A DNA stretch of 64,000 nucleotides from Candidatus Magasanikiibacteriota bacterium (GCA_003482855.1 DMXO01000002.1:210635-274634), one strand, 5' to 3'. Positions 20,301 to 30,203 are shown, numbered from the stretch's first letter. Notes: generated by a model not told the origin, from the sequence alone. Numbers and translations are program-made.

Positions 20301-23300
20301 TACAACTCTGAAACCAAATGATCGAGACGAGCGTCCTGAGCTTCTTCGCGGGATATCTCTCCACGCGCAGCTCGAGTACGTGCATCGAGCGCTATTTCAC
20401 GACGCCCAGCTTGCAAAAGCAATATTGCCTGCGCGCGTATAGTATCATCATCCACTACTTCTGCACCAAGTCGAGCCTCATCGCGAGTAACTGCAGAAGA
20501 TGCATCTGTGCGACTCACACGATATGAAGCAGTGATGAGACCATCACTCATAAATACCGCAAGACGATCTATAAGTGTCTTGTCTCCACCTTGTGGAGTT
20601 CCATCAGCCCCTTTTGCCAGACCAAATCTTTGCATAAGTCTCTGACGAAATTCTGGCGTATTTCTAAATGTTTGTAATATTTCATCTTCTTTTTGTTTAA
20701 TTTTTTCTTCCACGTCTTGAGTACGATTGAGTGTGCGTTCACGTCCCGCTTTGGTGCTTCGCTCTGCTGCATACCAACCACCAATAGCTCCAGCTATGCC
20801 ACGCACTACCATCGCAGGAGCTTTGGCAACCGTGCCTGCAAGAGACGCGAGTCCGACTACAACAGCAGCAGGACCTACCGTGACTAAAGCATTTTTGGCT
20901 TTCTCCCACACTTTGGTCATGCCACCATGATAAAACTTTTTCATGTCTTGAAGTACATTGGTTTCTTCGCTCGCGACAAACAAACGGATACCATACATAG
21001 TCTCACGGTATCCTTGTTGCTTTTCCCAAAAACCAAGAAAATCTTCTGCATCTGTATACCCAGCACGACGAGCCTCTTCGCGGAGACGGCGTTCATCCAC
21101 ACCTTCTTGTCTAAATATATGTGTAATGTATTCTTCTACATCGCCTGCTGCAGTAGGATCTGTCATGAGATGCAATAATTTCGTGTATCTCTCACGGCCA
21201 ATTATTTCAATCAACACATGTGGGCGTATGTCTACTATGCCATGCTCAAACTCTTCGACAGTCCCCTCTGGCATATTGTTCAATCTGCGATGCAAATCTT
21301 CGGCTGCATTGTATTTGTCTGCAGCACTACTCCATACCGTACCGTCAGGAGTAACTTCAAACGTTTCTCCGTGGGATATATGCGCACGCATCACCTGTTG
21401 TCTATCTATGACTGAGTCAGTATAGAGCGGTTTGAGACCGCGCGCCTGCAGTTGATCCGGGCTTTCGATGCAAAAACGTTTGATACCAAACAGATGCTCA
21501 TCTGGCGATATAATGACGCACATACCTTGGTTACGCGCTTCTGCACATAGGGCGGATAACCTTCCAACGACTGTGGTGTCCAATGGTGCATCTGCGCTAC
21601 CAAAATTGCCCACGTCAAACCCAAACACGGAAGATAATACAGATGCACCTACACCTGGAGGCATACCATATTCACGCGCTAGGCGTGCCATCGTAGCTTC
21701 TGGCGTTTCAACAGCTGTCTCTGCCGAAGCACTATCTGACACTGCAGTACTTTCTCCTGTTGTCTCTTCAATATCAGGAAGTTCTATTCTCGGATGTGGT
21801 TTGCCTACTTCAGAAGATTTGGAAACCAAACCTCTCAAACGCTGGCCTATAGATTTTTTGCGTACAGCAAAATTGTATGGATCATCTGATACGAATTCAT
21901 ATCCTTTCGCAGGATAATACGTATTGTTACCATCTTCATCACGTGCCGCGTATACTCTTCCTGTATCCAATGCATATGAAAGATCAACAAAAGGAATATC
22001 TTCTTCTTCAGCACGTTTTATTGAATCTATTTGTTCTGAATTCAACAAATTTTGCATCATATCTTCAAACCACCAATCAGGATCTTCTGCTCCATCCAAT
22101 GATGATACATGGATCCTCGAAACATCCGGATGTTGTTCACGAGTATGTCTAAACTGCGCCAATAATCTGCGCATTTCTTCACGGCGCTCTGATGGTATAT
22201 ATGGCCTTCCATGCCAATCACGCCCTTCGTCATCCATGAGACTCACACACGCAAACATAGCATCAGCAAGACGTCCGAGTTCTTGCGCAGGATTCTCCTG
22301 CTCATGTGCTTCTACGTCAGCACCCTGCTCTGCTGGTGATTGTTCACTAGCCTGCACCACATCACGCACAGCAATTCTTCTATCGGACAAGACTACTACC
22401 TCTTTGCCTTGTGACCTCATTATATCTATATACTGCTGTACAACTTCGGCAGAAAACTCTGCAGGGATATCATTGATTTCAAATCCCAAAGTGCGCAATT
22501 CTTCTGGAGACATACTTTCCAAAGGGATATCTACATCGTAAACTCTTGAAGAATCCGCGGATGCAGAATCTGCAGAAGCGTCAGCATGACTTGCTTCATC
22601 CTCACGAGCTGTATCACCCTCTCCCTCACCATGCAGAGCTGGAAAATTATCACCGGATAATGCTTCATCACCTGTTCGTCGCGCAGGAAGATTATCCCTG
22701 CCATCAGGGATAGCTGGCAGATGATCTGACGGCAAAACATCCTCTGGAGCTTCGGCACTAGACTGTGTAGCTTTCACAGCAGAGGGACCAAATACTGATT
22801 CGGGATTACCACCAAGCACACGAACTAATTCGCGACTCGAGTCTTTGATAGTAGGATCAATATATAATGCAGTACCCCTCATTTCATGTTGTCCATTTGG
22901 TGATATATGTATTTCAGTAATATATCTATCATGTTCACCAATAGAACGATGTATAATACCTAGTAACCTCTGCGCATACTCAGGGCTCAACATGCCTTTT
23001 GGTTTGGTAAATTCACCCCAAGACTCCCTCAACCTGCCCCAATTTTTTGCAAATGTGTTTATTCTAAAACGAGGATCTATTTTCTGAAGTTCTTTTTCTG
23101 CAGGACCCAAAATATCCAACAATGCTTTTTCTACACCTACTGGTTCTTCGGGATTGGTAGATCGACCTGCGTTCGGGTCTGCCTGTTCTCCACCCGGAAC
23201 TGAAGCCTTTTCTTTTCTGCGTCTTTTTATTTTTTCTGATTCACCTTTTTTGGTTGCATCTGATGACTCAGTAATTTTTACTACTTCTATAGATAAATTA

Positions 23301-24931
23301 TCTGCAGAACCTGCTTTCCATTTTTTCTTTTTCATGAATTGTCCTGGTGCATACTCAATATCAAATGGACCGTCAGCATTGCCACGCGCAAATGTCTCTT
23401 TCCATAAACGTTCTTGGACTTTACGCGCATCACCACCCTCTTCTGCTGTCCATTTCTCTACTTCATATTCAGATACAATGTCCCACAAACCATCTGACCC
23501 GAGCACTATAATATCTCCATCTTGACCTTGAAATTCAATTTGTTCTGGACCTTGCTCATGTATATCTGCTGTACCATGTCCGAGTGAACGAGAAATAATG
23601 TGATCAATAGGACTATTGAATATCTGCCCTGTTTCGTATCCTTCACGTATGGTTTCAAAAAAAGCGCGTAATTCCTCGTCATCTCCCACTGCTCTTCTAT
23701 GTCCCATATAAAATATGCGGGCCCAATGATCCTGCGTATCTTCTTTACTCAAATCAAGAAGATCCGGATTTTCGCGCATCTGGGCCACGACTTCTACCGC
23801 AAAATTATGCATCTTTGTCGTGCCCTCTTCTAACTTTTTGCCACCACGCACCGTCATTGCTTTTGAATCTCCTATATATGCAAGTTGAACTTTCCTATCT
23901 CTATCTATGCGAGCGATAACTGCTGCGGTGTTGCCATTTGATAATTCATTCTCAATCCTCGCATGACCATCAATCATTGCCTCCCTCAAATCTGTCTCTC
24001 CAGCTCTTATCATACCTACCACTGCCTCATTGACAAGACGACTTGCCTGGCGTCCGTTGCCCATACCACCCGCACCATCGATAACACCTGTCACGAGAGC
24101 GCCATCAGGTCCGACCACGGTGAGTATGCTATCTTCATTTTTTGTTTCAATAAAATTTTCAGGAGTCCGTATTTTCTTGTTTGCAGCATCTCTATTATAC
24201 TCTGTATATTTGGAAAATGGTCCTCCATAATGTGAACGCCCGTCTACAACCGCCTGCTCAGTGACGATATGTATGTCTGTCTTATTTTCTTTATTATCTG
24301 GATCTGTTACAAATCTATCTTCAAACATAATTTGACGTGATTCTCCAGGTTTGAGCAACTCACGTGATTCTATGCGTACTTTTTCAGGAGTTAATTCACC
24401 CAAAGGCAAGTAATTGATTTCTGTGGAACCTAATATCCCCAAGGATAATAATCCCTTCTCTGTATCTGGTATTTCTTTTACTATATATTTCCTCACACTA
24501 CCATCAGAATCTGTATACTCAATTACATCCCCCACACTCAGACTTCCAGCAGGTGTTTCTATTTTTCCTTCACCGATTCCAATACCCCGGACCAAAGCCT
24601 CTGCAACATCCCCAATTTCACCATCTGTTAAAGTTGGTTTCTGTAATAATACTGCCAATTTCTCTTCAGCCGCGTGCAATTTTCGACTAAACTGATCAAG
24701 ATGTATTTGTAATTCGTCTGCATGACTCATTCTTTGTGGTATTTCACCCAAAGACTGCACGAGTTCATCTCTCTCTTGCTGTAAATCCTCAATCTGGTGA
24801 CCGAGTGCCTGTATCCGTGCTTCAAAATCACGATGGGCTTCGTGAGCTTCTTCTCGGTTACCAAAGGATTTTCTCATTTCTTTTCTTTTGACTCCATCTG
24901 GTGCTTGCTTTGGTGATGTTTCTTCTGGCAT
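17330..24931 (-). CDS. giant 2533-aa protein with PP2C-type Ser/Thr phosphatase domain, Gly-rich hydrophobic segments and RGG-rich tail
   Basis: PP2C motifs NEDS, IDGAGG, IGDSK, SRSLG, SDGLWD, DNLS (about 23280-24150); GxxxG segments; low-complexity C-terminus. Confidence 0.8.
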   Translation of the reverse strand: MPEETSPKQAPDGVKRKEMRKSFGNREEAHEAHRDFEARIQALGHQIEDLQQERDELVQSLGEIPQRMSHADELQIHLDQFSRKLHAAEEKLAVLLQKPTLTDGEIGDVAEALVRGIGIGEGKIETPAGSLSVGDVIEYTDSDGSVRKYIVKEIPDTEKGLLSLGILGSTEINYLPLGELTPEKVRIESRELLKPGESRQIMFEDRFVTDPDNKENKTDIHIVTEQAVVDGRSHYGGPFSKYTEYNRDAANKKIRTPENFIETKNEDSILTVVGPDGALVTGVIDGAGGMGNGRQASRLVNEAVVGMIRAGETDLREAMIDGHARIENELSNGNTAAVIARIDRDRKVQLAYIGDSKAMTVRGGKKLEEGTTKMHNFAVEVVAQMRENPDLLDLSKEDTQDHWARIFYMGHRRAVGDDEELRAFFETIREGYETGQIFNSPIDHIISRSLGHGTADIHEQGPEQIEFQGQDGDIIVLGSDGLWDIVSEYEVEKWTAEEGGDARKVQERLWKETFARGNADGPFDIEYAPGQFMKKKKWKAGSADNLSIEVVKITESSDATKKGESEKIKRRRKEKASVPGGEQADPNAGRSTNPEEPVGVEKALLDILGPAEKELQKIDPRFRINTFAKNWGRLRESWGEFTKPKGMLSPEYAQRLLGIIHRSIGEHDRYITEIHISPNGQHEMRGTALYIDPTIKDSSRELVRVLGGNPESVFGPSAVKATQSSAEAPEDVLPSDHLPAIPDGRDNLPARRTGDEALSGDNFPALHGEGEGDTAREDEASHADASADSASADSSRVYDVDIPLESMSPEELRTLGFEINDIPAEFSAEVVQQYIDIMRSQGKEVVVLSDRRIAVRDVVQASEQSPAEQGADVEAHEQENPAQELGRLADAMFACVSLMDDEGRDWHGRPYIPSERREEMRRLLAQFRHTREQHPDVSRIHVSSLDGAEDPDWWFEDMMQNLLNSEQIDSIKRAEEEDIPFVDLSYALDTGRVYAARDEDGNNTYYPAKGYEFVSDDPYNFAVRKKSIGQRLRGLVSKSSEVGKPHPRIELPDIEETTGESTAVSDSASAETAVETPEATMARLAREYGMPPGVGASVLSSVFGFDVGNFGSADAPLDTTVVGRLSALCAEARNQGMCVIISPDEHLFGIKRFCIESPDQLQARGLKPLYTDSVIDRQQVMRAHISHGETFEVTPDGTVWSSAADKYNAAEDLHRRLNNMPEGTVEEFEHGIVDIRPHVLIEIIGRERYTKLLHLMTDPTAAGDVEEYITHIFRQEGVDERRLREEARRAGYTDAEDFLGFWEKQQGYRETMYGIRLFVASEETNVLQDMKKFYHGGMTKVWEKAKNALVTVGPAAVVVGLASLAGTVAKAPAMVVRGIAGAIGGWYAAERSTKAGRERTLNRTQDVEEKIKQKEDEILQTFRNTPEFRQRLMQRFGLAKGADGTPQGGDKTLIDRLAVFMSDGLITASYRVSRTDASSAVTRDEARLGAEVVDDDTIRAQAILLLQAGRREIALDARTRAARGEISREEAQDARLDHLVSELYSGQTVDAVADIIRENPGMMRVLQKAMALKRGDVQSLFKADGEVLDQNELAKKVMGAIAGGAIGVASSFAPEVRAAVLGLAGAYLGTHLGNMKDIRAREEEMRTEVERRIDEAELALSTLGIDSKKTESLSDTGLQKLAKDIRVAMSLGLLNNSELLRVRARNVLRSIEYETYDKRLRHAGAEALLAELDTDVSLLKSERQQTIDKLKDKGGFIKRHAGALKGMVVGGVIGAGLGYFSKDIGAWAFEKLGIRIPEETGTAAGTGAQVADHAHDTSPDVGAHGGRDVDAPPSGEPTPRAETIEVPPVPESARWDIDRLDIIKEFHLSPAAAKEMDAWVTAYPSLGNADAMRSVLESATDHGTGSEDTLFPEAKFRDPQWILHFERERDLTMVGEMMKTGHTDEALRFLQSQGFNRVSLGKLFPDGIPQDTDKALADFLAEYKAQVIDQPAGGRSGDLIRRLGSALQHDANRDDYLADNVKLFDNQPGGRTPLRAEPGRPIVYMGMNETSTGGSPDRFIASGMRTTGDADEYAPTTGDLDRKSLALAQIAQAEDAQQRLEELAAARAREPRVEPVADPRVTGSGADIPVRNTNTGEEANIHVDGATDAEPTPDGKGVRLGMEDGRSFDVSYGRLAMLNAVAGGGALAAGALYFATRERPVLEDVSRGMKDAPRPAYERKGARQGEQVPTAGEGDTTSTSTSRVDAGTTPAPVVETQPPAQTQDEAEQTDDVEAMDDDTAHAQGSAEGTGSDTSEANPDTTYFNLGSYGSIGVKKDKGSLSFDVSKMSLNGDQARELLFGSTEMPDVARGGETNKVDFEQATKQLAALELVRRLGQESGDRSLRKATDAIRTQARDIARDMQTRMSIDVASLLDEQVRDDLGLGAGEGSANRSNNRDSGRPNGRDRRNGGRDRNNDRSGGSDESNRDRGQREKKGNDRRQGQQGSDNRSGQQDRGQRPDNRPDNARGQQGQGGRKKGGGGGGPRGGGPRGGNR

Positions 24932-24942
24932 ATTAAGGAATA

Positions 24943-25149
24943 TTAGTGGTGAGGTAAATCAATGATATTTTGTAAAACGTCAGAAATTTTGTGCTGATCA
25001 AGCGCACCCAAAATACGGACTTTCAACATACGTCCCTCTTGTTGTAACGCGCGGACATCCTTTTCCAATTCACTGCATAGATAGACCAAATCATTCTCTG
25101 ATGCTGACGTAATCTCGTGTTGTCCAGATTGTATAGGACTGACAGGCAT
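24943..25149 (-). CDS. small hypothetical coiled-coil protein
   Basis: tight operonic spacing; helical composition. Confidence 0.6.
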   Translation of the reverse strand: MPVSPIQSGQHEITSASENDLVYLCSELEKDVRALQQEGRMLKVRILGALDQHKISDVLQNIIDLPHH

Positions 25150-25157
25150 ATATACGA

Positions 25158-25493
25158 TTAGGCTGTCTTGGATAAAATTGCACTTACCTTTTCTCCAAAC
25201 GCAATAATTATTTTTTTCAAATCTTCTTCAAATGTAGGAATAGAAGCATACCAAAAATCACGCCACTGCTCTCCTGTGGTATTTTCACTTTCTGCAAATT
25301 TGGCAAATTGCGTGAGTTGTGGCTTGGATAATTTTGGTAACATTTCAAGCCCAATACGTTCTTCGAGACGAGCAAGTACCTGGGGCACGTAAATACGTCG
25401 TTGTTCATCAGTCAATGTACTCAGCCCATTTTCATATAATAATTTTTCGACATACGCTGACAAGAAATCAAATTGGTGTGTGTCTTGAGTCAT
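25158..25493 (-). CDS. hypothetical protein (DUF5663-like)
   Basis: LEERIGLEMLPKLS helical motif typical of a CPR family; operonic. Confidence 0.6.
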   Translation of the reverse strand: MTQDTHQFDFLSAYVEKLLYENGLSTLTDEQRRIYVPQVLARLEERIGLEMLPKLSKPQLTQFAKFAESENTTGEQWRDFWYASIPTFEEDLKKIIIAFGEKVSAILSKTA

Positions 25494-25508
25494 ATAAATA
25501 ATATTATA

Positions 25509-26111
25509 TTAATTCTTTTTTAAAATCATAAGACCAGAAAGCAACACTCCCACAATAAATCCAAGCACTGCATTTAAAACTACATTTGGTCGCACGGGAA
25601 ATCGCGTAACGATTGGTTCATTCACCACCTTGATGGTGACATCACCACCAACATATTCCCAACCTTTGGACGAAAGTGCATTTACTGCAGCTCCCGCAAG
25701 CATCTTGGCCTGTTCTGCATCAGGATGATATGCACTCACATTCAATACTCCAGTCCCATACACCACAGAAGGATTCATGGATTTTTGCCATAATTTTCTT
25801 TTCTCACGTTCATTTTTATTGTCAAAATATGACCAATCAATGGCAAACTCGGGTTGTGCTTTCACTTTGTTATAAAAGTCATTGGTCCTCATGACCTGGG
25901 CTATATTTTCACCCACGCGTTCGGCAGAACGTACAACCGTATACGGATCTACGCCGTATCGAGACTGAGAAATAATGAGCACCTGAGCATCAGCACGATA
26001 ACTCAATGGGAACAGCGCGGTGGCAATACCTGACAACGCGCCACATATAATAGCTATAACAAGGATGACTTTCCAACGCTTCTGAAGAAGATGGAGGGGA
26101 GAGGTGAACAT
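25509..26111 (-). CDS. Wzz/CapA-like polysaccharide chain-length determinant
   Basis: N- and C-terminal TM helices; YRADAQVLI; PVRPNVVLN..G...G motif. Confidence 0.75.
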   Translation of the reverse strand: MFTSPLHLLQKRWKVILVIAIICGALSGIATALFPLSYRADAQVLIISQSRYGVDPYTVVRSAERVGENIAQVMRTNDFYNKVKAQPEFAIDWSYFDNKNEREKRKLWQKSMNPSVVYGTGVLNVSAYHPDAEQAKMLAGAAVNALSSKGWEYVGGDVTIKVVNEPIVTRFPVRPNVVLNAVLGFIVGVLLSGLMILKKN

Positions 26112-26273
26112 AGTAAAATGTTTAATTTAAAATTTTAAATTTAAAAATTTTGAATTGTCCTAGACCCAGACCTAAAGGGTTCTCAAATTCGAAATTTTAA
26201 ATTCAAAATTAACAAATGAATATACCACAAAATCCCTCTTTTGTCAATCTATACAGCAAAAAAATTAGTTCTT

Positions 26274-27332
26274 TTACTTGTGCATTAGTATATCAGATTC
26301 TTTGCCTTTACGCCACACAGTCACGCCAAATTCATCGGGAGCAGTGTATAATTGCCGGTGCAAAGTCTCGGGAGCCACCGTATCATTTTGCACACGAATA
26401 ATTATATCTCCTGGCATGAGACCTCGTGGCAAAGCACCCACGCTTGAAATATAAAAACCTGAAGCCGGCACATCATCGTCCCCTTCTTCACTACTACGAT
26501 ATACAAAATATCCATTCCATGTAATAGCAAAATCATCGAGTGCATCATTTCCCAATACAAAAGGCAATTGATATTCTATACTCCATCCTGTATGCAATTC
26601 ATCATTGTCATCAACAAAACCAACAAATTGACCTTGACCAGTCATTGCTATCCCCTGCTTTGAAACAGTAGGATCTACATAAAAGCGCGTATACGCATCG
26701 AGCGCATTGTATGCACCACTAGATACTGCGTTGCGAGCACCCAATATGCGGTGATGCCATGAACCGCCATGATCTGACCATACATCGAGACCTGTATCAA
26801 CATCAGTCCAATTCACAAAAGGCAATACATGAAATTCATTTCCTATACATTTGATATATACATACCCCGAGCGTGCGTCTACAAGAACCTTTTCTATTGC
26901 ATAAGAAATACCTCTATAATCTACTGCTTCAAGTTTGGGTATAAGTGATTGATTGAAATCGGGCATATACGATACTCCCCACCCATTCGAGCTCAACATC
27001 ACTGCTTGCCCCACACGCGCATTATCTGCATAAAAATCTCCTGACAATTTTTGCGTCTTGTCAAATAATCTCATCGTACCCATCTGATACCGTTGTATCA
27101 CAAGTACATCGGGTCGCTCGGTAGAGCCATACAATTGTGATGAACGATTAACAAAATATAATCCCGCTGAATCAGAATAAAATGTAGGATTGATCCATGC
27201 GGTCACGACAAGCGCCCCTGTAATCCCCGCGAATACTGACAGCACAACCAAAATAACAATGGCAGATATACGAATCCATAATTCACGCGCATTACGAGAA
27301 CATGTTTTGTTTGGAAGATGAGGAGGGAGCAT
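26274..27332 (-). CDS. membrane-anchored degenerate trypsin-like/PDZ (HtrA-like) protein
   Basis: TM helix; GQAVMLSSNGW; PDZ-like GLMPGDIIIRV; catalytic motifs not evident. Confidence 0.55.
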   Translation of the reverse strand: MLPPHLPNKTCSRNARELWIRISAIVILVVLSVFAGITGALVVTAWINPTFYSDSAGLYFVNRSSQLYGSTERPDVLVIQRYQMGTMRLFDKTQKLSGDFYADNARVGQAVMLSSNGWGVSYMPDFNQSLIPKLEAVDYRGISYAIEKVLVDARSGYVYIKCIGNEFHVLPFVNWTDVDTGLDVWSDHGGSWHHRILGARNAVSSGAYNALDAYTRFYVDPTVSKQGIAMTGQGQFVGFVDDNDELHTGWSIEYQLPFVLGNDALDDFAITWNGYFVYRSSEEGDDDVPASGFYISSVGALPRGLMPGDIIIRVQNDTVAPETLHRQLYTAPDEFGVTVWRKGKESDILMHK

Positions 27333-27349
27333 ATAATAAATTTCAAATT

Positions 27350-28114
27350 TTAAATCCACTTAATGACATACAGTACGACAAAGAACAAGAAAGCATTTAC
27401 TCCCAAAAACCACTTTTGTCGTTTCCACAAAATACCAGTAAGGCTCAAATGAAAACGGACAAATAACTGTACAATATACCACAACCACACGAGCAAAAAA
27501 GCAGAAGCAAAATAACCAAAGGGCAGTAGTTTCATCACCCACATGATCTCTACGATGCTCAATAAAACAAGTATACACCACACGACAAGCTGTTCAAATG
27601 TAAACTTGAAATACAAACTCCAAATCATATAGGCGCCGGTAGCAGCATATACACCTCCGATGATACTCAGTAAAGCAAATGAAAGCTGATTAAAATATAT
27701 ATGCACCGCAAACAAAGCTACAAACAATGCATACACATTGAACACATAGAGCATCATCATCATGCGACGAAGAGGCTTCTCTTTGATATGGATGGCATGC
27801 TCTATACGTGGTTCAGACCAATACGCAATAAAGAAAAAAATAAACACAGATGCGCCGACGAGAAACCATCTCATATACAGAGATTCAATAAGCAATAATA
27901 ATATAATAAAAGAAACTGCGGTCATACTATTGAGAGCAGTCTGGTGTTTCTCGACATGGTACTTCACATGCAATAACACAAAAAAAGAAAACCACACAAC
28001 ACATGATATGATAAATACGTATGTATGGGGAAATACATGGATCGCCAATAATACACTCGGTGCTACCAGTGTTGAGACAATACGTATCCACCATGGACGT
28101 TGTTCATCTGCCAT
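27350..28114 (-). CDS. polytopic membrane protein
   Basis: multiple hydrophobic helices; operonic. Confidence 0.75.
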   Translation of the reverse strand: MADEQRPWWIRIVSTLVAPSVLLAIHVFPHTYVFIISCVVWFSFFVLLHVKYHVEKHQTALNSMTAVSFIILLLLIESLYMRWFLVGASVFIFFFIAYWSEPRIEHAIHIKEKPLRRMMMMLYVFNVYALFVALFAVHIYFNQLSFALLSIIGGVYAATGAYMIWSLYFKFTFEQLVVWCILVLLSIVEIMWVMKLLPFGYFASAFLLVWLWYIVQLFVRFHLSLTGILWKRQKWFLGVNAFLFFVVLYVIKWI

Positions 28115-28116
28115 AT

Positions 28117-28593
28117 CTAATTGGCTATAAGTGATTGTATAAGTGATACAACAGAATCTCGCATCTCAGCAGGAGACTGTTGCGTCTGTGCGCGCAATCG
28201 CGTCACACTCAAAACTACATTGAGATGTTTCTCTTGCATATCTTTTGGCACACGCACAGCAAGCAATGTATCCTCTACTGATGCAAGGATATTATCAATT
28301 GATTGTGAACTCTGCGTAGTATCTGAGACAATACGCGATATGCTTTCTCTATACTGTGTAACAAGTTCTTCGGACGTTGCTTGGGTATTTTGATTATCCT
28401 CGGCTTGAATATCTTGGCCAATATCGACAGATGGTGCTTGACTATCCGGTGCCACGTCTCTTTGTCTATCATGAGAAAAGAGCATCGTCACCAATATACC
28501 CACTGAAATAATAATACCAAGAGCAACAGCACCAAATACAAAAAATAACAAAAATGAAGACTGTTTTTTGTGTATAAACATATAATAATGCAA
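28117..28593 (-). CDS. hypothetical membrane-anchored protein
   Basis: N-terminal TM; L..VP.....HL motif. Confidence 0.65.
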   Translation of the reverse strand: MHYYMFIHKKQSSFLLFFVFGAVALGIIISVGILVTMLFSHDRQRDVAPDSQAPSVDIGQDIQAEDNQNTQATSEELVTQYRESISRIVSDTTQSSQSIDNILASVEDTLLAVRVPKDMQEKHLNVVLSVTRLRAQTQQSPAEMRDSVVSLIQSLIAN

Positions 28594-28777
28594 TTATGTC
28601 ATAATAATAAACTAAGTATACAATATTTGCCTAAACCTTGCAAAATAAGAAAAAAACGCTATACTAAGAACGCCTTAGCACTACAGCACCTAAGCACCTG
28701 CCTGCGCAGGCAGGCTCAAGCACTTTTTCTAAGATAAACTTTTTTGGTGCAACGTGCTTAAGTGTTTACATTAATAT

Positions 28778-29224
28778 ATGCCCTCATACGCAAAAAATAA
28801 AAAAGCACTTTTTGACTATGAACTCCTCGAGACACTCGAGGCTGGGTTAGTATTATCTGGACATGAAGTGAAGTCGGTGCGAAGTAAACATATACGACTT
28901 GCAGGAAGCTTTATAAGCATACACGACAATGCAGCATTTCTCACCAACGCACATATAGCTATGTATAGATATGCAAATGTGAAAAACTATGACCCTACAC
29001 AGCCAAGAAAATTGTTGCTTACCAAAAAACAAATCTGTTATTTAACAGGAAAAACTCATGAAAAAGGCTTGACAATTGTGCCTCTCTCTGTCTATACTAA
29101 GGGTCGTCTACTCAAAATGGAAATAGGTATCGTTCGAGGAAAAAAGAAATACGATAAGCGAAGAATTATAAAAGAACGAGAACAGAAAAGAGAAATAGGA
29201 AGAGCAATGAAAGAAATAAATTGA
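28778..29224 (+). CDS. smpB: SsrA-binding protein
   Basis: NKKALFDYE..EAGLVLSGHEVKSVR; RKLLL; GKKKYDKR. Confidence 0.97.
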   Translation: MPSYAKNKKALFDYELLETLEAGLVLSGHEVKSVRSKHIRLAGSFISIHDNAAFLTNAHIAMYRYANVKNYDPTQPRKLLLTKKQICYLTGKTHEKGLTIVPLSVYTKGRLLKMEIGIVRGKKKYDKRRIIKEREQKREIGRAMKEIN

Positions 29225-29404
29225 TGATGTAACTCATCCTCAACGAAAAGTGGTACCACGAGGTGGCGCCATTGATAAATATTCTGCAACACAAAATAAA
29301 GGTATACCGCGTAGTGGCGATATTTATAGTTAATTGAGTGCCGCGTAAAACCCTAACGGGTCACGCGGCGCTCAAGTGGCTCCATAAAATTCGCCACTTT
29401 ACGC

Positions 29405-29805
29405 GGGGATGACAGGGTTCGATAGGTGGACCTATGTTATCTACTATATGCATGTCGAGGTGGTATACGATCCTCGTAAAACCCGTATACAATTCTCAAG
29501 TGCAAACTTGGTAAGTCGAGTGAAAAACGCAGTAGCGCAAGCTTTCCGCGTCCCAACATTCGCATCTGTAGTGGCCTAATAGGCCTGCTACCATCATTCC
29601 CATGATACTCGGTAATGGATGAATGGTGTCAACCTATCGAGTGTAGGATATATGTGCTTTCTGTCGCATATACTCGAAATAAATACAGGATCAGTTGATT
29701 GCTATTTTGCTGATTTCTAAGCAATCAATAAAACACCAAACCAGCTATACATGTAGATTGTGGTGGTAACCCATCTAGACCCGGGTTCAATTCCCGGCAT
29801 CTCCA
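29405..29805 (+). ncRNA. ssrA: tmRNA
   Basis: 5' GGGGATG pairs with CATCTCC including G3-U; T-arm ccgggTTCAATTcccgg; tag ORF 29502-29579; adjacent to smpB. Confidence 0.92.
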
Positions 29806-29934
29806 CGAAAAGCGGTGCAACCGCTTTGAGTGACGCGTGATGAGCGAAGCGAATTTTACGCGTCACAACCAATAACTGCTTTTTCAACGGCACCGCCTCG
29901 TGGCGATGCCATAGTAAAATTAGCAAGGAGGATT

Positions 29935-30198
29935 ATGTATTACGTTGTTTATTTTTTAGAATCTACAAAATATCCACAACGTCATTATATAGGTTACACG
30001 ACAAATTTAAAGAATAGGATTCAATACCACAATAAAGGATTAGTTACATCGACAAAAAATTTCAAACCATGGAAAATAATATATGCTGAGATGTATCTGA
30101 ATAAAAAAGATGCAATGGGAAGAGAGAAATTTTTGAAAAGTGGATCCGGATGGAAATTTCTAAAAAAACAATTGACACATTATTTTCAAAATAAATAA
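29935..30198 (+). CDS. GIY-YIG nuclease family protein
   Basis: YVVYFL..HYIGYTTNLKNRIQYHN..REKFLKSG; ATG at 29935 with AAGGAGG. Confidence 0.88.
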   Translation: MYYVVYFLESTKYPQRHYIGYTTNLKNRIQYHNKGLVTSTKNFKPWKIIYAEMYLNKKDAMGREKFLKSGSGWKFLKKQLTHYFQNK

Positions 30199-30203
30199 TA
30201 TCT

